Source: Chthoniobacteraceae bacterium
GTDB lineage: Bacteria; Verrucomicrobiota; Verrucomicrobiia; Chthoniobacterales; Chthoniobacteraceae
Length of the DNA stretch: 64,000 nt
Assembly (NCBI GenBank): GCA_031409335.1
Contig: JANNWY010000170.1
Coordinates: 128,001 to 192,000 of the forward strand
Direction: 5' to 3'
Part shown: positions 1 to 8,791 of the stretch, piece by piece
Position numbering within the stretch: the stretch's first letter is position 1
How the letters are laid out: each line of letters starts with the position of its first letter
Notes under the pieces: model-generated
What the model was told of the DNA's origin: nothing
Database searches by the model: none
Seen by the model: the letters and a program-made list of their open reading frames with translations, nothing else
Program-made: the position numbers and the translations under genes

Positions 1-266
1 CCGTCGGCGATCACTTTTGCGGCAAATGCCTGCTTGATGACCTCGCGTGGCGTCACCGGATCAATCACCACGCCAGCGTCTTCGAGAAAATCTTTCACCG
101 TCTTCCACGCCAGTTCGAGCGAATACTCGAACCGCTGAATGGCCCCTTCTTTTTCAAGTTGGTTTAACGCAGAAGCCCCATTCCGCATCGCCTCCCGCAG
201 CAGAGCGAGCACTTTGTCAAAACTGTGAAATCGCTGTTTCCAGCGAATATCGGGGTCGGTCGGCAT
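1..266 (-). CDS. HEPN-domain nucleotidyltransferase substrate-binding subunit (HI0074 family), 3' end beyond the window edge
   Basis: Not in the ORF track. Manual translation of the minus strand from ATG at 266 gives MPTDPDIRWKQRFHSFDKVLALLREA...LEKEGAIQRFEYSLELAWKTVKDFLE...TPREVIKQAF, open to base 1. RWKQR and IQRFEYxxELAWK are typical of the family. Confidence 0.85.
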   Translation of the reverse strand, partial: MPTDPDIRWKQRFHSFDKVLALLREAMRNGASALNQLEKEGAIQRFEYSLELAWKTVKDFLEDAGVVIDPVTPREVIKQAFAAKVIAD

Positions 267-293
267 CGCGCGAATCTGGCCGGTCATACGCCC

Positions 294-1592
294 TCACGCG
301 AGCAATTCATCGATCGGCTCGCACGCCGGATCGGCGATCAGCATTTTCTGCCCGGCGGCCTCGAAGCTGCCCGTGCTCTTCACGTCGAGCGCGCTGAGAT
401 ACGTGTGAAAAAGATGCCCGCCATCGACCTGCCGGTCCTTCACTTCGGTGCCCTTGTCATTGGTCGCGCCGATGACCGCGCCGGGCTGGATGCGCGCGCC
501 GCCGAGGCAAATCGACCACGCCTTGCTCCAGTGATCGCGACCGTAAAGCTGATTGATGTTCGGCGTTCTCCCAAACTCCGAGAGCACGACGATGAGCGTG
601 TGCTGCAACAGTCCGCGATCCGCGAGATCGGTGACGAGCGTCGCAAACGGCCCGTCGAATTCGCCGACTTGCTCGAAGTGAAAATTGAAGTTCTCGCAGT
701 GCGTGTCGTAGTTGGAATGTGTGACGCGCACGTAGGTGATGCCCTGCTCGATCAAGCGGCGCGCGAGCAGACAGTGGCGTCCGAAATCGTGCGAGCCGTA
801 GCGTTCCTGATCCTTCGCGTCTTCTTTCGTGATGTCGAAAATCTCGCGCTTCCGCATCAGCTCGAGCCCCTGCTCGTAGCTCTGCGTGTAGGCATCCGTC
901 TGCGCGGTGCGGCGGCGCAGCGCAAAGCGATCGTTCACCTTCCGGCGAATGTCGTTCGCGCAAATGGAGGCGTCCTCGATCAAGCCCTGTGGCCGCTCCG
1001 AGAACTGCGGCGGCTTTCCCCCGCCGAGCACCACGCTGCCATATTTAGGCCCGAGGTAAGCCGAGTCCGCATTGCGCCCGCCACCGCCACCGGGCGAGAC
1101 GACGATGTGCCCCGGCAGCGAACTCGCGCCGCTGCGATCGAGCGCCTTCGCTACCACCGCGCCGATCACCGGATACTCCTGTGCGGGCGATTTCCGACGA
1201 CCCGTATCCATGATGTAAGCGCCCTTGCCGTGATCGTCCTCGTGCGTGTTGATGCTGCGGATGAGCGCGAGATGATGCATCACTTTCGCCGTCTTCGGCA
1301 GCAGCTCCGAAATGTGCAGGCCCGGCACGGAAGTCGGGATCGCACGGAACGGCCCGCCCGTCGTCGCACCCGGTTTCGGATCCCAGCTTTCGAGTTGGGA
1401 AAGTCCGCCCGCCATGTTGATGACGATCATCCGTTTCTGTTGCCGCGCCATTTCCGCAGCCATCGCTGGCGAAGTGAAAATGCCGAAGCCCGGCATCACC
1501 GCCGCCGCGCCCGCGCCCGCGAGCGTGGTGAAAAAGCGGCGGCGACTGAGGACGTGTTCGGCAGAGCCGCAGGAGTAGTCACAAGGTTTCAT
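294..1592 (-). CDS. DUF1501 domain protein with Tat-like signal
   Basis: SRRRFF twin-Arg motif; GGLSQLESWDPKP, FGRHCLLARRLIEQG, YDTH, SEFGRTP and GRDHW are DUF1501 hallmarks. Confidence 0.9.
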   Translation of the reverse strand: MKPCDYSCGSAEHVLSRRRFFTTLAGAGAAAVMPGFGIFTSPAMAAEMARQQKRMIVINMAGGLSQLESWDPKPGATTGGPFRAIPTSVPGLHISELLPKTAKVMHHLALIRSINTHEDDHGKGAYIMDTGRRKSPAQEYPVIGAVVAKALDRSGASSLPGHIVVSPGGGGGRNADSAYLGPKYGSVVLGGGKPPQFSERPQGLIEDASICANDIRRKVNDRFALRRRTAQTDAYTQSYEQGLELMRKREIFDITKEDAKDQERYGSHDFGRHCLLARRLIEQGITYVRVTHSNYDTHCENFNFHFEQVGEFDGPFATLVTDLADRGLLQHTLIVVLSEFGRTPNINQLYGRDHWSKAWSICLGGARIQPGAVIGATNDKGTEVKDRQVDGGHLFHTYLSALDVKSTGSFEAAGQKMLIADPACEPIDELLA

Positions 1593-1645
1593 CGAGGAGT
1601 ATGTGGTTCAGGTTTGGGGCAGTTTCATTTCGACGCACGCTGCAA

Positions 1646-1770
1646 AGTAGCGCAGGCGCCCCGCCTGCCGACAGTCCGTGCGGGCGCCTCGCCTGCATGA
1701 CTTCCTGCGCGGGCGGGGTGCGGGCGAGGCGCCCGCGCGGACTGCCAACGGGCGGGGCGCCCGCGCCACT
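1646..1770. repeat. GTAG-tagged REP doublet (inverted pair of 52-nt double-hairpin arms)
   Basis: Arm 1646-1697 is the reverse complement of arm 1719-1770 at 44/52 positions; the left arm starts AGTAG; each arm has two internal hairpins. Confidence 0.8.
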
Positions 1771-1852
1771 TCCCGCTCGCGAGCTGCGCTTGGAAACGAG
1801 GAAAAAGGTCTGCGCGCCCACCTTGTTTTTGCCGTCACCCGCGCTGTCTGAA

Positions 1853-2056
1853 ATTCCGATTGGCCAAAGGCCCCAGACATACCAGCCCAAGGCAACGCCC
1901 TGGGTAACGGTTCAGAAAATGAGGACAGCCCTGAAAGGGCGGTGCAAAATTTCGCCGCGGTCTTGTTACGCCCTTTCAGGGCTGTTTCGCGTGTGCGTGG
2001 GAACCCAGGGCGTTGCCTTGGGCTTGCATGTGTTGGGCCTTTGGCCCATTCGGAAT
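1853..2056. repeat. ~204-bp nested palindromic element (REP/MITE-like)
   Basis: Three nested inverted pairs: attccgattggccaaaggccc/gggcctttggcccattcggaat, agcccaaggcaacgccctgggt/acccagggcgttgccttgggct, acagccctgaaagggcg/cgccctttcagggctgt. Confidence 0.8.
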
Positions 2057-2097
2057 GCAGCGCGAAGTACGATTGCGGCGCGAAGGACATGACGCGT

Positions 2098-4992
2098 TCA
2101 GTGTGAAAAGCGAAACTCGACCGACGTGATGAGCGCCCAGGCGTAATCGATGATCGCCTCGCTCTTCTTCTCCGGCGGTCTCGCCGCGATCGTTGCGGAA
2201 AGTTCGGCGACTTCCGCATCGGCGGGCAGCCGCGTGAGCGTGGCAAGATACAACTCCTCGGCCATCGCTTTCGGATCGGCCATCGCCGCCGCACGGTTGG
2301 CGAGATTCGCAGTCCACGGGCGGAGCACGCTGCCGTTTTCAAAATAGAGCGCCTGCTCCGGAGTCGCGAAAAAATCGGTCTGCGGCGTGCCCGCGGCGCT
2401 GCCGAAAGCGCGCACGTAGTGATCTTCGTGGCCGCGCAGTTTGTCGCGGAAGAGCTTTTCGTGTCCGAGTTCCCGCGCCGCAACTTTTGCCGGATCGGCT
2501 TTGTCCGCGTCGGTCCATTTATTCTTTTCGTCCCACTCTTTCACCGCGATCGCGCGATGCGGCTCGAACTGCCCCGTCGCCTGCATCACCGACCAGCAGA
2601 GTTGCTCGGGCGCGAGCGCCAGCAGTTCGTTCGCGGCGAACGAGCGACCCCACGCGGCGGCGAGCGCCTCGCGCGCCGCCGCGACTGGCGCGGCGGTCTC
2701 GACGGCCTTTGCGGCAGCGGCTTTTGCGTCTGCTTCGAGCGCGGGAAGTTGCGGCTGCGTCGCCGCCAGCTCCGCGTTCGCTTTCTCAAGCGCAGCCCTG
2801 GCATCGGCGATTTGTTTGGCCATTGCCTCCGCTTTCGCCTGCGCGTCGGTTGCCGTTTTTTGAAGTGCGACAATCTCCGCCGCCGCCGCATCGGCCCGCG
2901 CTTTCACCGCACCAGTCGCGGCTTTGATTTCGGCATCGTTGGGAAGTTTCGCGGCGGCCTCCGCGGCCTTTGCGGCAGCTTCGGCGAGGGCGGTGGATGC
3001 GGCGCCTTTCGCGCTCATCGCTTCCTTCGCCGCCATCATTTCACCGGCGCAGGAATTCGCCGCGGTTTCCAGCGCGACGAGTTTCGCGGGTGCGGCGGCG
3101 ATTTCGGCGTTGAGCCGGTCGGTGTTTTGCTTCGCGACCACGAACGCGGCCTCGGCTTTCGCGGCGGCTTCGCGCAGCGGTTTATCCGCGGCGACCGCGC
3201 CCGCCAGCGCGATGGCGGCCTTCACTTGCGCGGCAAGCGCGGCGGCGTTTTTGGCCTTCGTGCGCTCCGTTTCCTTGCGCGCCTGCACGGCATCGAATTC
3301 GGCCTGCTTCGCGGCGATGCCCTTCGCGGCTTCGTCCAGCTTCGCTTTTGCGGCGTCGGCGTTTTGCTGTGCCGCAGCAAGCGCCTGCGCCTTCGCGTCC
3401 GTGTCCGCTTTTTTCGCGGCAGCGTCCTTTTCAACAGCGGGCATTTCACCAGCTGTCGCGTCCGCCTTTGCCTGGAAAGTCTTCGCCGCAGCCGCGAGTT
3501 CCGGCGTCTCGCCAGCCTTCGCGAGCGCGTCGTTCACCTTTGCCGCCGCTTCGGCAAGCGTCTTCTGTGCATCGCGTTTCGCCGCGAGCGCATCTTCGAT
3601 CTTCTTTTGCTCCGCGGCTGCGGCGTCCGCGATTTTCTTTGCCTCGCCCGCCGCGGTGTCCTGCTTGGTTTTTTCGGCCTTCACCGGTCCAGCCGCGCGC
3701 TGCGCTTCGAGCGTGGCCTTCTGCACCGCGCTCACTTCCGCCTCGACGGCTGCCAGCGCAGTCGCCAGCGCCGCAGCTTCCTGTTCGAGCAGCGGCATTT
3801 TCTCCGTCGCCGCTTTCGTCACCTCGGGCGCAAGCTCCGGCACATCGAGGGTGCGCTGAAATGCATTCGTCAGCGCCAGCTCGCGGATGAAAGCCCGCGT
3901 GTCGAATTTCAGCGCCGCGATCTGCTCCGCGAGCAGATCGAGCAGCGCCGGATTCGCGGCCGGATTTGCCGAATGCTGCAAGTCCAGCGGCTCCACCAGC
4001 CCGCGCCCGAAGACCAAGGCCCAGAGCCGGTTTGCGACGTTCCGCCGAAACGCCGGATGATGCCCGTCGCCCAGCGCGGCGGCGAGCAGCGCGCGGCGGC
4101 TCGCCTTCGGAATGGGCCGCACATTTTTGTCCTTATCATTCGGCGGCACCGCCCACTCGCCCGGCGCCGGGTCGGTCACTTCAGCTTCGCCGGGAAGGCG
4201 CGGCTTCGTCTCACCGCCGACCTTGGTAAAAACCGACGTGTAGCTCGTCTCACCCGCGGCCTGTTCGCCCACCAAACCCGGCTTGTTCGTATCGGGCCGG
4301 AACAAATACGTGCGGCTGAAATAAGCCTGAAGCCCCGCGTAATCGCGCTGCAAATAGTCGTCGATGCGCGGATGATTGTGACACTGCGCGCAGCCGATAT
4401 CGCGACCGAGGAAAAGCCGCGCCGTATCCTTCGTCAGCGCATTCGCATCGGCCTCGCGTTCCAGCACCCAGCGCGCGATGTGCCGCGTCTTTTCATCCGC
4501 GCCATCCGCCGTCAAAATTTCGCGCACGAGCGCATCCCACGGCTTGTTCGCGCGCACGGATTCCTCCAGCCACTCGCGCCACGGCAGCATTTTCGTGTGC
4601 GCCTCACCGCGCCGCTCCATCAGCATCACGTCGAAGCGCACCGCCATCCACTTCGCGTACTGCGGATCGGCGAGCAGCGTGTCCACGAGCTTCGCGCGCT
4701 TGTCCGGCGTGGCGTCCGCGAGAAATGCGCGCGCCTGCGCCGCAGTCGGGATCACGCCGTGCAGCGCGAGCCAAACCCGCCGCAAATACTCCGCATCGCC
4801 CGCAATCGCCGCCTGCCCTTCCGGATGCGCCTGCGCGATGAGCGCGTCGATTTTCACATGCAAAGGCTCCTCTGCCCGCGACGACGCGACGATCAGGCAA
4901 GCCACCGCGAGCGCGGCGGCGAAGCACTGAGCGGCGGGTCGGATGTCAGTCGTGATGAACACGGGGTTTGAGCCCAGGCAAGGCTTTGTCAT
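2098..4992 (-). CDS. DUF1549/DUF1553 (PSCyt2/PSD1) protein with CxxCH motif and long coiled-coil insertion
   Basis: Signal-like N-terminus; EYLRRVWLALHG, ARLFLG..IGCAQCHNHP, ANRLWALVFGRGLVEP, NPALLDLLA and terminal WALITSVEFRFSH; ~400-aa Ala/Lys/Glu-rich insert. Start codon uncertain. Confidence 0.88.
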   Translation of the reverse strand: MTKPCLGSNPVFITTDIRPAAQCFAAALAVACLIVASSRAEEPLHVKIDALIAQAHPEGQAAIAGDAEYLRRVWLALHGVIPTAAQARAFLADATPDKRAKLVDTLLADPQYAKWMAVRFDVMLMERRGEAHTKMLPWREWLEESVRANKPWDALVREILTADGADEKTRHIARWVLEREADANALTKDTARLFLGRDIGCAQCHNHPRIDDYLQRDYAGLQAYFSRTYLFRPDTNKPGLVGEQAAGETSYTSVFTKVGGETKPRLPGEAEVTDPAPGEWAVPPNDKDKNVRPIPKASRRALLAAALGDGHHPAFRRNVANRLWALVFGRGLVEPLDLQHSANPAANPALLDLLAEQIAALKFDTRAFIRELALTNAFQRTLDVPELAPEVTKAATEKMPLLEQEAAALATALAAVEAEVSAVQKATLEAQRAAGPVKAEKTKQDTAAGEAKKIADAAAAEQKKIEDALAAKRDAQKTLAEAAAKVNDALAKAGETPELAAAAKTFQAKADATAGEMPAVEKDAAAKKADTDAKAQALAAAQQNADAAKAKLDEAAKGIAAKQAEFDAVQARKETERTKAKNAAALAAQVKAAIALAGAVAADKPLREAAAKAEAAFVVAKQNTDRLNAEIAAAPAKLVALETAANSCAGEMMAAKEAMSAKGAASTALAEAAAKAAEAAAKLPNDAEIKAATGAVKARADAAAAEIVALQKTATDAQAKAEAMAKQIADARAALEKANAELAATQPQLPALEADAKAAAAKAVETAAPVAAAREALAAAWGRSFAANELLALAPEQLCWSVMQATGQFEPHRAIAVKEWDEKNKWTDADKADPAKVAARELGHEKLFRDKLRGHEDHYVRAFGSAAGTPQTDFFATPEQALYFENGSVLRPWTANLANRAAAMADPKAMAEELYLATLTRLPADAEVAELSATIAARPPEKKSEAIIDYAWALITSVEFRFSH

Positions 4993-5102
4993 CCCTGAGA
5001 AAGCCGGACGCGTGCCGGATGATTAGTGAAAATGTGCCGCAGCATCGGCTCGACGAACGTCCGGGATTTCCTCCATGCTCCGCGCCGATTCGCACTTTCA
5101 CC

Positions 5103-5876
5103 ATGATCCACGACGCATCATCAAACGCTGATCCGCTCGACGAGGCCGTGATCTCCGTCGTCATCCCGGTGTGGCGGGAAAGCGAGGCGCTGTGCGGTCT
5201 GCTGCGCGAAATCGCAAGGTGGGCGGAAGTGCGCGAAGCCATCGTCGCGTGCGCGGAGGAGACGGCGGATTTTCGCATCGCGGTGGAAGCGACGGGCGCG
5301 ATTTGCATCAACGCGGGAAGGCCAAATCGCGGACGCCAGATGAATGCCGGCGCGCGGCATGCGAGCGGAGAGTGGGTGCTGTTTCATCACGCCGACACGG
5401 AGCTGACCCGCGCGCATGTGCAGTCGCTCGCCGCGCTCAAGACGCGCGCTGAAATTGTCGGCGGCGCGTTTCACCGGAAGTTCGACGCGCGGCATCCGCA
5501 CTGCCGCTGGATCGAGCCCATCGAGCGCTGGCGCAATCAGCATTTCGGCACGCTCTTCGGCGATCAGTCGATGTTCGTGCGACGCGATCATTTCGAGAAG
5601 CTCGGCGGTTTCGCGGATATCCCGCTCATGGAAGACATCGAGTTTTCCAAACGCCTGCGCCGCTCCGGCCCGCTCGCGCTACTCGATCCGCCGATCGCGA
5701 CCTCGACGCGCCGGCACGCCAAATTCGGTGCGTGGAAAACGACGCTGACCAACGCCACACTCATTTCGCTGTACCACTTCGGCGTCCCGCCGGAACGGCT
5801 GCACGGATGGTATTACGGAATAAGCGCCGCCGCCGCGCCTCCAAATCCCGTCATCATCCAGCCCAATGAAAACTAA
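5103..5876 (+). CDS. GT2 glycosyltransferase, TIGR04283-like (rSAM/arsenosugar-cluster associated)
   Basis: ISVVIPV, RGRQMNAGA, VLFHHADT, FGDQSMFVRR, LGGFADIPLMEDIEFSKRL, TSTRR. Start placed at ATG 5103. Confidence 0.85.
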   Translation: MIHDASSNADPLDEAVISVVIPVWRESEALCGLLREIARWAEVREAIVACAEETADFRIAVEATGAICINAGRPNRGRQMNAGARHASGEWVLFHHADTELTRAHVQSLAALKTRAEIVGGAFHRKFDARHPHCRWIEPIERWRNQHFGTLFGDQSMFVRRDHFEKLGGFADIPLMEDIEFSKRLRRSGPLALLDPPIATSTRRHAKFGAWKTTLTNATLISLYHFGVPPERLHGWYYGISAAAAPPNPVIIQPNEN

Positions 5877-6600
5877 ACTCGCCCTCGCACTCATCGCAGC
5901 CCTGCTCCCGTTCACATCCCACGCCGAAGTCGGCGCGTGGCAGAAGGACTTCGACCCGCTACTCAAAAAATATGTCTCCGGAAACGGCGTGCGGTATGCC
6001 GCATGGAAAGCCAGCGCCGACGACTTCGCCGCGCTCGAAAAAATAGTCGCCGCCATCGGCGCGGAGAATCCCTCGGGCCTTTCGCGCAACGACAAACTCG
6101 CGTTTTACATCAACGCTTACAACGCATGGATGATCCATCTCGTGCTCCAGAAATATCCGATCAAAAGCGTGCGCGATTACGCCGCGCTGTTCGGGATTTT
6201 CACCGGGAAAAACATCCGGCTTGGCGGCGAGAAAATCAGCCTGAATTACCTGGAAAAAGATTTGATCCTCAAAGGCCTTGGCGAACCCCGCGCGCACTTC
6301 GCGGTGAACTGCGCCAGCCGCAGTTGCCCCGTGCTCATCCCCTCCGCTTACACCGGCGCGACCATCGACGCCGTGCTCAACGAACGCGCGAAAGCCTTCA
6401 CCGCAAACCCGCTCGGCGTGCAGCTCGCGAAGGACGGCAAGACCGCGCAGATTTCGAGCATTTTCAAATGGTACGACGCCGACTTCAAACCGGCCGGCGG
6501 CCCGGTCGCGTTCATCAATAAATACCGCGCGCAGCCGCTGCCCGCGGGCGTGAAAGTCGAGTTCCAGGATTACGACTGGGGCCTCAACGAAGCGAAATGA
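5866..6600 (+). CDS. DUF547 domain exported protein
   Basis: Signal peptide; LAFYINAYNA, EPRAHFAVNCASRSCP, SSIFKWY..DF, YDWGLN. Confidence 0.9.
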   Translation: MKTKLALALIAALLPFTSHAEVGAWQKDFDPLLKKYVSGNGVRYAAWKASADDFAALEKIVAAIGAENPSGLSRNDKLAFYINAYNAWMIHLVLQKYPIKSVRDYAALFGIFTGKNIRLGGEKISLNYLEKDLILKGLGEPRAHFAVNCASRSCPVLIPSAYTGATIDAVLNERAKAFTANPLGVQLAKDGKTAQISSIFKWYDADFKPAGGPVAFINKYRAQPLPAGVKVEFQDYDWGLNEAK

Positions 6601-7982
6601 ACGGCGCGGCAAAGCAGTCAAAATGGCAGGCGCGATGGACGGCGTTTCGCCACCCAATCGCCGGTGAAAAAGCGGACGTGCTGCGCCAGCGCTGGGCGGA
6701 GTTGCCGATGGAATTGCGCACGCCGAATCAGATCTCGGGACGCCATCTCACGCACTGCGGTTTCACCCTCGGCGCGAGCTACTGCTCGTTCCATTGCACG
6801 CATTGTTATTTGCCGAAAAATGCGAACGAAGTGCCGATCCCTTCGCTCGCACAAATGCGCGAGCAGATCGACGCGAACCGGCGTTTTCAGGGACCGGGGG
6901 GCGGATTGCAAATCACCGGCGGTGATGTCGCGGATGCCTACTGGCGCGCGGGGCGGCAGGCGGAATTGGTCGAGATCGTGCGCTACGCGTGTTCCGTCGG
7001 GCTCGTGCCGATGGTGATGACGCACGGCCAGACGCTCATCGAGCATCCCGAGTTTCTCGAGCAGCTCGTCGTCGAAGGCGGCCTGCGGCAAATCGCCGTC
7101 CACATCGACATGACGCAGGCTGGCCGCCACGGCTTCCCCATCGGTCGCATCAAGAGCGAAGCCGACCTGCATCCCGTGCGCGAATCATTCACCGAACTCG
7201 CAAAAACACTCCGCGCAAAGACCGGCGCGCCGATCGAGTTCGCGCACAACTGCACCGTCACCCGCCGCAACATCGAGCACGTCCCGGAGATCATCCGCTG
7301 GTTCCTCGCCGACCCCGAGCGCACCCGCATCTGGCGCATGCTCAGCTTCCAGCCCGAGGCCGACACCGGCCGCACGATCTTCAGCGAAAAGCCGATCACA
7401 CCCGGCGATGTCTGGACGAAAATCTGCGAAGCCACCGCCCTCCCGCTGCGCCGCGACGCCACCATTTTCGGCCATCCCGATTGCAACAGTTGGAGCAGCC
7501 TCCTCGTCGCGCGCCCCGGCGGCGAGTACGCGCCGCTGCTGCCCGACGACGCCCGCTGGGACTGCATCTTCGGCGAAGTGCTCGCGCGCATCGGCGGCCT
7601 CTCACTCGTCACCGACGACGCTGGCACTCCACCGTACCGCCTCGCCGGAGTCCTCGCGCAAAACCCGCTCCTCGCCCTGCGCCTCGCCGCATATCTCGGC
7701 GGACATTTCCTCTCGGGAAAATTCCCCCGCGCCCTGCTCGCCGCGCTGCTCAAAGGCCAGGTCCACACCCTCGGCATCGGCATCCACAATTTCATGGACG
7801 CCTCGAAAACCGCGACCGCCGCGACGGACCCCGTCATCAAATCCCGCCTCGACTCGTGCGTCTTCAAAGGCGCGGTGAAACAAGAAGGCGAATGGGTCGC
7901 GGTGCCGATGTGCCAGATGAATCAGGAACGATGGAGCCGCGTGTACGAAGAGCGGCTAAGCGATCCCGCGCTCCGGGAGTGA
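6597..7982 (+). CDS. Radical SAM protein with probable C-terminal auxiliary Fe-S cluster (Tes/MJ0619-like motifs)
   Basis: CxxxCxxC (CSFHCTHC, 6783-6806), QITGGD, MTHG, SFQP, HPDC, HNFMD, RLDSCV, VPMCQMN; ATGA overlap with the DUF547 gene. Confidence 0.85.
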   Translation: MNGAAKQSKWQARWTAFRHPIAGEKADVLRQRWAELPMELRTPNQISGRHLTHCGFTLGASYCSFHCTHCYLPKNANEVPIPSLAQMREQIDANRRFQGPGGGLQITGGDVADAYWRAGRQAELVEIVRYACSVGLVPMVMTHGQTLIEHPEFLEQLVVEGGLRQIAVHIDMTQAGRHGFPIGRIKSEADLHPVRESFTELAKTLRAKTGAPIEFAHNCTVTRRNIEHVPEIIRWFLADPERTRIWRMLSFQPEADTGRTIFSEKPITPGDVWTKICEATALPLRRDATIFGHPDCNSWSSLLVARPGGEYAPLLPDDARWDCIFGEVLARIGGLSLVTDDAGTPPYRLAGVLAQNPLLALRLAAYLGGHFLSGKFPRALLAALLKGQVHTLGIGIHNFMDASKTATAATDPVIKSRLDSCVFKGAVKQEGEWVAVPMCQMNQERWSRVYEERLSDPALRE

Positions 7983-8024
7983 TGTCCCCTCACGATCGCC
8001 ATTCTTTTCCTGCGAATGCTTTCA

Positions 8025-8061
8025 AACGAAAAGGGCGACGCTTTCACGTCGCCCTTTCGTT
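8025..8061. terminator. Bidirectional intrinsic terminator-like hairpin between convergent genes
   Basis: aacgaaaagggcgacg-ctttca-cgtcgccctttcgtt lies between the rSAM and cyclophilin stop codons. Confidence 0.7.
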
Positions 8062-8085
8062 CAGTCTTCGACTGTCTCGCGGTGC

Positions 8086-8676
8086 TTACTTTTTTAGCGA
8101 AGCATTCCACTTCTCAATGTTCGCGGCCTGGGCCTTGAACAAGTCATCGGTCGGATCGAGCACCTCGATGGTCTTGATTGAGTCGCCTTTCTCAATCTTG
8201 TTCACCACATCCTGACCCTTCGTCACTTCGCCAAAGACGGAATGCTTTCCATCAAGGTGAGGCGTAGGGACGTGCGTGATGAAGAACTGGCATCCATTCG
8301 TGCCGGGGCCGGCGTTGGCCATCGAGAAAATGCCGGGCTTCGAGTGTTTGAGCGATGAGTCGAATTCGTCGCCGAATTTGTAGCCGCGGTCACCCGAGCC
8401 GGTGCCGGTAGGATCGCCGCCCTGGATCATGAAGCTGGGGATCACGCGATGGAAGGTGATGCCATCGTAGAGGCCTTTCTTCGCGAGATTGAGGTAGTTC
8501 GCGGCAGTCATGGGGACTTTGCTGGCGAAGAGCGTGCCTTCGATGTCGCCTTTGCTGGTGTGGAGGATGATGCGGATGTCTTTCACGGGTGTTGGGTCGG
8601 CGGCGCTGGAGGTGTTGCAGATCGCGGCGAGCGCCAGGACGCCGACGATGTGGTGGATGGATGAGGTTTTTTTCAT
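8086..8676 (-). CDS. Cyclophilin-type peptidyl-prolyl cis-trans isomerase, exported
   Basis: [52 protein letters not shown]; signal peptide from ATG 8676. Confidence 0.95.
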   Translation of the reverse strand: MKKTSSIHHIVGVLALAAICNTSSAADPTPVKDIRIILHTSKGDIEGTLFASKVPMTAANYLNLAKKGLYDGITFHRVIPSFMIQGGDPTGTGSGDRGYKFGDEFDSSLKHSKPGIFSMANAGPGTNGCQFFITHVPTPHLDGKHSVFGEVTKGQDVVNKIEKGDSIKTIEVLDPTDDLFKAQAANIEKWNASLKK

Positions 8677-8791
8677 GGGAAAGGGCCTCCAGATTAGGAG
8701 CCGGAACGCATCTTGTCCACTGCGGCAGTATCGAAATTGTTTCAAAACGATCTTCGCACCCCGCCCGCCGCGCACTTAGGTTTTGCAGAAT

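Noticed and set aside
1600..2097. CRISPR array or structured ncRNA gene
   Set aside because: The repeats are inverted, not direct with unique spacers; no cas genes; no tRNA or known riboswitch pattern recognised.
225..4971. Long plus-strand ORFs 225-1700 (491 aa), 2419-4971 (850 aa) and 2924-3859
   Set aside because: Antisense shadows of the DUF1501 and DUF1549/1553 genes; Arg/Gly- or Ala/Ser-rich with no motifs, as expected opposite GC-rich coding DNA.
6597..7982. Calling the radical SAM arsS or tes outright
   Set aside because: The context suggests ArsS and the motifs suggest Tes, but it lacks the Tes N-terminal CxxC and conserved Tyr, and no arsM is in the window; left unnamed.
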